From a virus (taxonomy: Duplodnaviria; Caudoviricetes): DNA of 52,215 nucleotides. This document shows positions 46,804 to 52,215 of this stretch, piece by piece. The stretch covers positions 1 through 52,215 of the IMG/VR virus record IMGVR_UViG_3300018933_000070, one strand, 5' to 3'. Both the position numbers and the translations under genes were made by a program. The notes beneath the pieces are model-generated. The model was not told where the DNA came from. It worked only from the letters and a program-made list of their open reading frames with translations, and searched no databases. How positions within the stretch are numbered: the first letter of the stretch is position 1; the number at the start of each line of letters is the position of its first letter.

Positions 46804-47211
46804 ATGGCTTCATACAATGAAAGGCTTAGGGAATTACGGTCACGAAAGAAAATATCTCAACAGGAACTATCTGATCGTCTTGGGTTTAATCGTGCAACAT
46901 ATGCACGATACGAGACCGGTAATACGCAACCTGATTTTGAAACACTTAAAAAACTAGCCGATTTCTTTGAGGTGAGTACTGACTACTTGTTGGGGCGAAC
47001 TGATAAACCACGTTTTTCAATTCAATCAGATGGTTTTGACGAGAGAGAACAAGCCGAATTCGAAGCATTTATTAACAATCCAGAGCACGGAATATTCTTC
47101 AAAGATTATCTGGACGCACCAGAAGAACGTCGTGAGGAAATGAGGATCATTTTCAAAGCGTTGATGGAAAAAGAAAAAAACCGGAAGCCAGGACAAAGAC
47201 AAGGTGAATAG
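46804..47211 (+). CDS. Prophage repressor (ImmR/XRE family)
   Basis: SQQELSDRLG..RATYARYETG..QPD...LADFFEVSTDYLLGR. Confidence 0.92.
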   Translation: MASYNERLRELRSRKKISQQELSDRLGFNRATYARYETGNTQPDFETLKKLADFFEVSTDYLLGRTDKPRFSIQSDGFDEREQAEFEAFINNPEHGIFFKDYLDAPEERREEMRIIFKALMEKEKNRKPGQRQGE

Positions 47212-47676
47212 AGCAAATACCTCAGCCGATGGGGATTTAATTAGTGGTGATTATTTTGAATCATGAAGAGATCAGAAAAGGGGTAACCCAATCTCGTGAG
47301 AGTGAGTCTGGAGTAAATTGGTTGTTCGGTGAGATAATTATTATTGCAGTGATATCAGGTATATACTTTTCTTCATGGTGGATTTTCGGAGGAGTTTTTC
47401 TAGGTTCGATTATTCTTATGAACATTAAACCAGTACGATATTTGTTATTTATCATACTTTCTTTAGGATGTGGAGTTGTAGGCTGGATTATCGGGCAATG
47501 GTTCGACAGCCTAGGTGCTTCGGTTGTCATTGCAGTTATTGCTACCTTAGCTTCTGGAGGGGCGCATATCTATGCTAATAAGTGGTTGAATGATATCTAA
47601 TAGTCTGAACTTATACAAGTCACCTCAACAACAAGGGGAGTAAATCCTGAAGCAAATACCCCATCCGATGGGGATT
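47212..47676 (+). repeat. 26-bp direct repeat (24/26 identical) at 47212-47237 and 47651-47676
   Basis: AGCAAATACCYCAKCCGATGGGGATT. Confidence 0.85.
47244..47600 (+). CDS. Multi-pass membrane moron protein
   Basis: About four hydrophobic helices; AT-rich. Confidence 0.75.
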   Translation: MVIILNHEEIRKGVTQSRESESGVNWLFGEIIIIAVISGIYFSSWWIFGGVFLGSIILMNIKPVRYLLFIILSLGCGVVGWIIGQWFDSLGASVVIAVIATLASGGAHIYANKWLNDI

Positions 47677-47695
47677 ACATGGTGGTATTTATGAA

Positions 47696-49057
47696 ATGAG
47701 CATACTTGATATTTTTAGAATAAAGAAAATAAAAACTGAGCTTGAAAATGTTCGTGCTAATTATGAGAGTTTAAAAAAAATCATGACACCTGAACATCAA
47801 GAAACATTCGATTTATCGATAGAAATATCTAAGTTATCCCATGAAAAAAACTTGTTATTAGATGAAATCCAATTACAAAAAAATAAATTAGATGTGTTGC
47901 ACTCACAGTATGAAACCAAATCGAAGGAGCTTCTGGATCTAGATGAACAAATTAGCCTGGAATCCTTTTCTCTTTATAAACCCAAGTTTGAATTTGCAAA
48001 TAGCACTATCTTTAAACAAAAGCTTGATACGCTACGAGATGCGCAAAAGTTAATGATCAAGGAAGGCACAGCCTGTGTAGGTAGCCAAAGCTGGACAGTG
48101 AACAACAATAAGGCAGAAGGAAGAAAAATGGTCAACGACATGATTAAGCTTTCGCTTAGGTCATTTAATAACGAGTGCGACGTTTGCGTTGCGAATGTCA
48201 AGTTTAATAATATAGCCACTTATGAAAAAAGGATAATCAAATCATATGAAACTCTGAATAAGCTGGGAAAGATAATGCAAGTTTATATTTCTGAGGAATA
48301 TTTACAACTAAAATTGACAGAGCTATATCTCGCATATGAGTACTCAGTAAAAAAACAAGAGGAGAAGGAAGAACAACGCCAGATCCGCGAACAAATGCGT
48401 GAAGAGGCCCGTCTCCAGCGTGAGATTGATGAGGCAAGAAAAACTATCGAAAAAGAAAAACGCCATTATACAAATGCTTTAGAGAAAGCAATGAAACAAT
48501 TAGAGCTGTGCAAGTCAGAGGAAGAACGATTACTCATTAGTGACAAAATAGCCGAGCTGCAAAAAAATCTGCAGGAAATTGAAGTAAGTCTTCAAGAAGT
48601 TGACTATCGTGAAGCCAATCAGAGGGCCGGTTATGTGTATGTAATATCTAATATAGGATCATTTGGAGAAGGTGTGTTCAAAATCGGTATGACTCGAAGA
48701 CTCGATCCTTATGATCGCGTATACGAACTTGGTGATGCCTCAGTGCCGTTTAATTTTGATGTCCATGCTATGATTTTTTCGGACGATGCTCCCACTCTAG
48801 AGGCAAAATTACATAAAACGTTTGAAAATAAACGTTTAAATTATGTTAATAAACGCCGAGAGTATTTTAAAGTATCAATAGATGAAATTGAGCAGGTAAT
48901 AAAAAACAACCATGATAAATCAGTTGAATTTATTCGAACATCAGCTGCTGAAGAATATCGTGAATCAATCTTATTAAGAAATCAGCAAGAGATCGTTGAT
49001 TCAGAACAACAACATGCTTGGCAAGAGGTCGCAGTTGGAAACCAACATAAAAATTAG
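47696..49057 (+). CDS. DUF4041 plus T5orf172/MUG113 (GIY-YIG-like) coiled-coil protein
   Basis: RSFNNECD; GYVYVISNIGSFGEGVFKIGMTRR; ASVPF.FDVHA; RREYF. Confidence 0.88.
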   Translation: MSILDIFRIKKIKTELENVRANYESLKKIMTPEHQETFDLSIEISKLSHEKNLLLDEIQLQKNKLDVLHSQYETKSKELLDLDEQISLESFSLYKPKFEFANSTIFKQKLDTLRDAQKLMIKEGTACVGSQSWTVNNNKAEGRKMVNDMIKLSLRSFNNECDVCVANVKFNNIATYEKRIIKSYETLNKLGKIMQVYISEEYLQLKLTELYLAYEYSVKKQEEKEEQRQIREQMREEARLQREIDEARKTIEKEKRHYTNALEKAMKQLELCKSEEERLLISDKIAELQKNLQEIEVSLQEVDYREANQRAGYVYVISNIGSFGEGVFKIGMTRRLDPYDRVYELGDASVPFNFDVHAMIFSDDAPTLEAKLHKTFENKRLNYVNKRREYFKVSIDEIEQVIKNNHDKSVEFIRTSAAEEYRESILLRNQQEIVDSEQQHAWQEVAVGNQHKN

Positions 49058-49135
49058 AAATCGGGAAATTAATCGCTAACCTTTATATCTACTACAGAAA
49101 CAGCCAGTCACTGGCTTTTCTTTTTAAGAATAAAC

Positions 49136-49149
49136 CGAACATACATTCT
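49136..49149. promoter_or_regulatory. LexA (SOS) box-like site upstream of immA and int
   Basis: CGAACATACATTCT versus Bacillota consensus GAAC-N4-GTTC (one mismatch). Confidence 0.5.
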
Positions 49150-49165
49150 CACAGGAGGTTGCACC

Positions 49166-50050
49166 ATGTTTAGATTTTATGAAACCACTCCATTAGAACA
49201 ATTTGTTGAAAGGACTTATACACATAACGGAATACATACGCCGCAACAGCTGACCGTCGAAGAATTATCCAGGCGTTTGAATATTTGGGTTCATTACAAA
49301 AAGGTCCGGAGTCGTGCGGTAGAAACTGTACCCGGAAGGTATAGTATTTTTCTAGATAATAGATTAACGCCTGAAAAACAATGGGTTGAATTCTTGCACG
49401 AACTCTGTCATTTACTCCGACATGCCGGCAATCAAATGGTGTTACCTAAATCATTTACTAAGGCTCAAGAAATAGAAGCAGACCATTTTGTGCTCTACGC
49501 TGCCATGCCAATTTCTATGATATCCAAGCTCTCACTACCGGATAATCAGACGGATGCTATTCGTTTCTTAGCCTCCACATTTAGAGTTCCGATCTGTATT
49601 GCAAAGCAAAGACTGGAGCAAATCCAGCGAAGGGTATATCACGGAAAGTTGTTGCACGAAACTTCAAAGCTCATGGAGACCCGGAATCGAATCAATTATG
49701 AAGATATCCCAAGCCAGAGTGAAACGACCTTCTATGCTTATTTCGATCCAAGCGGTGATTACATCGAGCCTTCCCAAATTATTATTCAGGTAGATAAAGA
49801 GACCCTTCTTTCTCAAGAGGAACTTTCCTTCTCTCTAGATGGTCCATTCAAACGAATTGAAGAGAGCCAACTGGAGGCCTTCGTCGACTGTAAACCTATA
49901 AAGTTTAATGATTTGGATTACACCAGAGATGGGAAGATCAGTCTAAAGCTGAGCCATCTGGCCAGCAGGTATTATAATTCGGCCTTCAAATTCATTGTTC
50001 AGCGAAAGGATATAGAGCAAGTACTGCATTTTTACGGGGCGAATTTTTAA
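49166..50050 (+). CDS. ImmA/IrrE-family metallopeptidase (anti-repressor) with a C-terminal extension
   Basis: HELCHLLRH.GNQ, E.EAD.F. Confidence 0.88.
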   Translation: MFRFYETTPLEQFVERTYTHNGIHTPQQLTVEELSRRLNIWVHYKKVRSRAVETVPGRYSIFLDNRLTPEKQWVEFLHELCHLLRHAGNQMVLPKSFTKAQEIEADHFVLYAAMPISMISKLSLPDNQTDAIRFLASTFRVPICIAKQRLEQIQRRVYHGKLLHETSKLMETRNRINYEDIPSQSETTFYAYFDPSGDYIEPSQIIIQVDKETLLSQEELSFSLDGPFKRIEESQLEAFVDCKPIKFNDLDYTRDGKISLKLSHLASRYYNSAFKFIVQRKDIEQVLHFYGANF

Positions 50051-50062
50051 GGAGGGATCCTA

Positions 50063-51820
50063 ATGATTAACTTTGCTGAAAATCAATTCAAAGATGTTGC
50101 TATATATCCCCGAGTATCCAGTGATGATCAACAAGAACGTGAAACTATCCAAAGTCAGATTGAGTTTGCAATCAAATATTGCGAGCTCCATGGCTTAAAT
50201 ATTGTTGATTGGTATAAGGATGATGGCGTGTCAGGGATCATCCCACTTGATGAGCGACCAGAGGGCAAACGTCTTCTAGAGGATGCCAAAGCCGGTAAAT
50301 TCAAAAGCGTCCTCATCTATAATATGAAACGTCTTGGCCGGAAGGCACGCGTGACACTTGATGCCATCTATCAGCTTGAAGAATATGGAGTTACCATCAA
50401 ATCCATGACGGAACCTTTTGATACCAGTACTCCAATGGGCAGATTCGTCATTACTGTTCTCGCTGGCCAAGCAGAGTTTGACAGAGATACTTTGCTTGAA
50501 ACCTTATGGCATGGAGCAAATCGTGTTGCCCGTCAAGGCCAATGGCTGGGGGGAATCGTACCGTATGGCTATGTGGTTATAGATAAATTTCTCCAAGTTA
50601 ACGAGGAGCCTCTCCCGGGGAAAGAGGATCTGTCTGAAGCCGGCGTAATTCGACTAATGTATCACCTTGTTGGAAACGAGAAATGGTCAACCATACAAGT
50701 GGCGGATTACTTTAACTCTTTAAAGATTCCACCGTCCTATGTAAAAGATGGGAGGAAAATAAAGAAAGGAAAACGAAAAGAGAACACGGCCGGAGTCTGG
50801 ACCCCTGGACGAATCAGGAACATGATTGTAAACACGACCTATAAAGGACTCCATGTATACGGTAAACGTTCAAAAAAGGAACGGGAGCTCATTGAAAGAG
50901 AAGTCCCATCAATCGTATCAACAGATCTATGGGATAAAGCTCAAGTTGCGCTTCGCGATAATCAAATTGAGGCTTTTAGAAACCAAACACGACACAATCT
51001 CCTCCGAGGCCTTATTAAATGTGGATCCTGCGGATTAACTTATCATGGTGCCGCGTTCGCTGGGGCTGGACGTAAACCCCAAGCTTATTATATTTGCGGA
51101 GGTAAGACTGCATACAGGGGGCCCGCTCAAGGAAAGTGCTGCTCCAAGAACATTCCAGCTGAATGGATAGAAAAACATGTATGGGATGAATGTGTTCAAT
51201 TTATTGAGAATCCAGGAGAAGCCCTCGAGCAATTAAATGACGGAATGCAGATCAGAAAATCAAAAATTGGAGAGTACCTATCGGAGAAAGAAATTGTACA
51301 AAAGAGCATTGCAGATAAGCAAAACGAGCGACAAGGTATCCTGACCCTATATCGCCAGAAGATGATAACGGCTTTAGATGTTGAAAAGCAGCTTCAAGAA
51401 ATCATGTCTGAAACAGCTGCCTTAGAGAATCGATTAAATGAACTCGATTTATTGATAAATGCTGAAAATGATCTATCTAAAGATTTTAAGACAGCGGAAG
51501 ATCTGCTCTATGATCTTCGTATGAAAATTATCGCCGGCAATAACGCTCCAACCTTCAGCACCCGCCGCGAAATTGTTAAAACGCTGGTACATGAGATAAT
51601 CGTCGACACAATTCCATCACCGACCGGCGGAAGACCAAAAGCATCTGTAAATGTGAAATATGCTTTTAACAAAACGGTTCCCGCTGATTTAGCGTTTGCC
51701 AAAGGTAAAAATCACACGGTTGTCCGTGCGGCTATTACGGCAGCGACCATCCGGCCCAGCAATGCACCTGCAGCGTGGCGAGAATCGCCCAATACCGCGC
51801 GCGGATATCCGGCCCCTTAA
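50063..51820 (+). CDS. Large serine recombinase (integrase); last ~33 codons are host comM sequence
   Basis: YPRVSSDDQ, DDGVSG, RLGR, PYGY, LLRGLIKCGSCG zinc ribbon, coiled coil. Confidence 0.95.
   Translation: MINFAENQFKDVAIYPRVSSDDQQERETIQSQIEFAIKYCELHGLNIVDWYKDDGVSGIIPLDERPEGKRLLEDAKAGKFKSVLIYNMKRLGRKARVTLDAIYQLEEYGVTIKSMTEPFDTSTPMGRFVITVLAGQAEFDRDTLLETLWHGANRVARQGQWLGGIVPYGYVVIDKFLQVNEEPLPGKEDLSEAGVIRLMYHLVGNEKWSTIQVADYFNSLKIPPSYVKDGRKIKKGKRKENTAGVWTPGRIRNMIVNTTYKGLHVYGKRSKKERELIEREVPSIVSTDLWDKAQVALRDNQIEAFRNQTRHNLLRGLIKCGSCGLTYHGAAFAGAGRKPQAYYICGGKTAYRGPAQGKCCSKNIPAEWIEKHVWDECVQFIENPGEALEQLNDGMQIRKSKIGEYLSEKEIVQKSIADKQNERQGILTLYRQKMITALDVEKQLQEIMSETAALENRLNELDLLINAENDLSKDFKTAEDLLYDLRMKIIAGNNAPTFSTRREIVKTLVHEIIVDTIPSPTGGRPKASVNVKYAFNKTVPADLAFAKGKNHTVVRAAITAATIRPSNAPAAWRESPNTARGYPAP
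51712..51730. other. Prophage/host junction (att site)
   Basis: CACGG-TTGT-CCGTG dyad; host frame CPCG begins at 51721. Confidence 0.7.
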
Positions 51821-52215
51821 TGGACCGGATCGATCTGCAGGTTGACGTGCCAAGGCCCAAGGAATGGCCGGGAAGCACGCCGCCGCTGTCCTCGAAGACG
51901 ATGCGCGATCGGGTCTATGCCGCCCAGACCATTCAGCTGGAGCGATACCGCCAGCTTCCGATCCGCTGGAACAGCGAATTGTTCGGCAGCTATTTAAGAA
52001 CCCACGCAGCACTCGATAAAGCTTCAGCGGAGCTGCTGCAGGTAACGCTCGATTCCCTGGGGCTCAGCATGCGGGCATATGACCGGATTTTAAAGCTGGC
52101 ACGGACGATTGCGGATCTGGAGGCATCCGTTGAGATACAGAGCCGCCACGTTGCCGAAGCCATTCAATACCGCCAGCTGGATCGGCAGTACATCGTTACG
52201 GAGGAGCCTGGCTAA
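51721..52215 (+). pseudogene. comM: 3' part of the interrupted comM/yifB Mg-chelatase-like ATPase
   Basis: CPCGYYG...CTCS...YRARISGPLMDRIDL, LSMRAYDRILKLARTIADL, HVAEAIQYR. Confidence 0.9.

Larger units (their letters stand above)
1..51720. mobile_element. Temperate prophage (myovirus-like, PBSX/skin-type structural genes) integrated in comM/yifB; left end outside the window
   Basis: Ordered lysis, tail, head, terminase, replication, immunity and serine-integrase modules; host comM reading frame resumes at 51721. Confidence 0.95.

Noticed and set aside
51775-52215. 146-aa ORF as an independent gene
   Set aside because: It is the 3' remnant of comM, and homology extends upstream to 51721

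Overview
Almost the whole window is one temperate prophage of a Paenibacillus-like Bacillota host (host inferred from gene content). It has a PBSX/skin-type (xkd/yqb-like) contractile-tail structural module. A large serine recombinase inserted it into a comM/yifB (Mg-chelatase-like ATPase) gene. The right junction is at about 51720, and the left junction is not visible. From right to left the window holds the integrase, an ImmA-like protease, morons, a repressor/Cro switch with five TGTG-N9-CAC(A) operators, recombination genes (AAA ATPase, RecT-like, MBL hydrolase), replication genes (initiator with iterons, loader, DnaB), a resolvase, a C5 methyltransferase, an ArpU-like late activator, a ParB-methyltransferase, terminase, head, tail and lysis genes, and an ATP-dependent ligase. 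The most interesting accessory locus is a terminator-bounded, translationally coupled three-gene operon at 1594-2893. It encodes a YbjN/T3SS-chaperone-like protein, a DUF3990 ADP-ribosyltransferase-like protein and a small acidic DUF3791-like protein, and is a candidate toxin-antitoxin-chaperone defence system with a non-SecB chaperone. Other candidates are a HEPN moron behind a terminator-like leader, a MerR-SDR cassette flanked by recombination-site-like palindromes, several structured RNAs, unannotated small membrane peptides, and an att site inside the integrase ORF. All family assignments come from motif recognition by eye, not from database searches.
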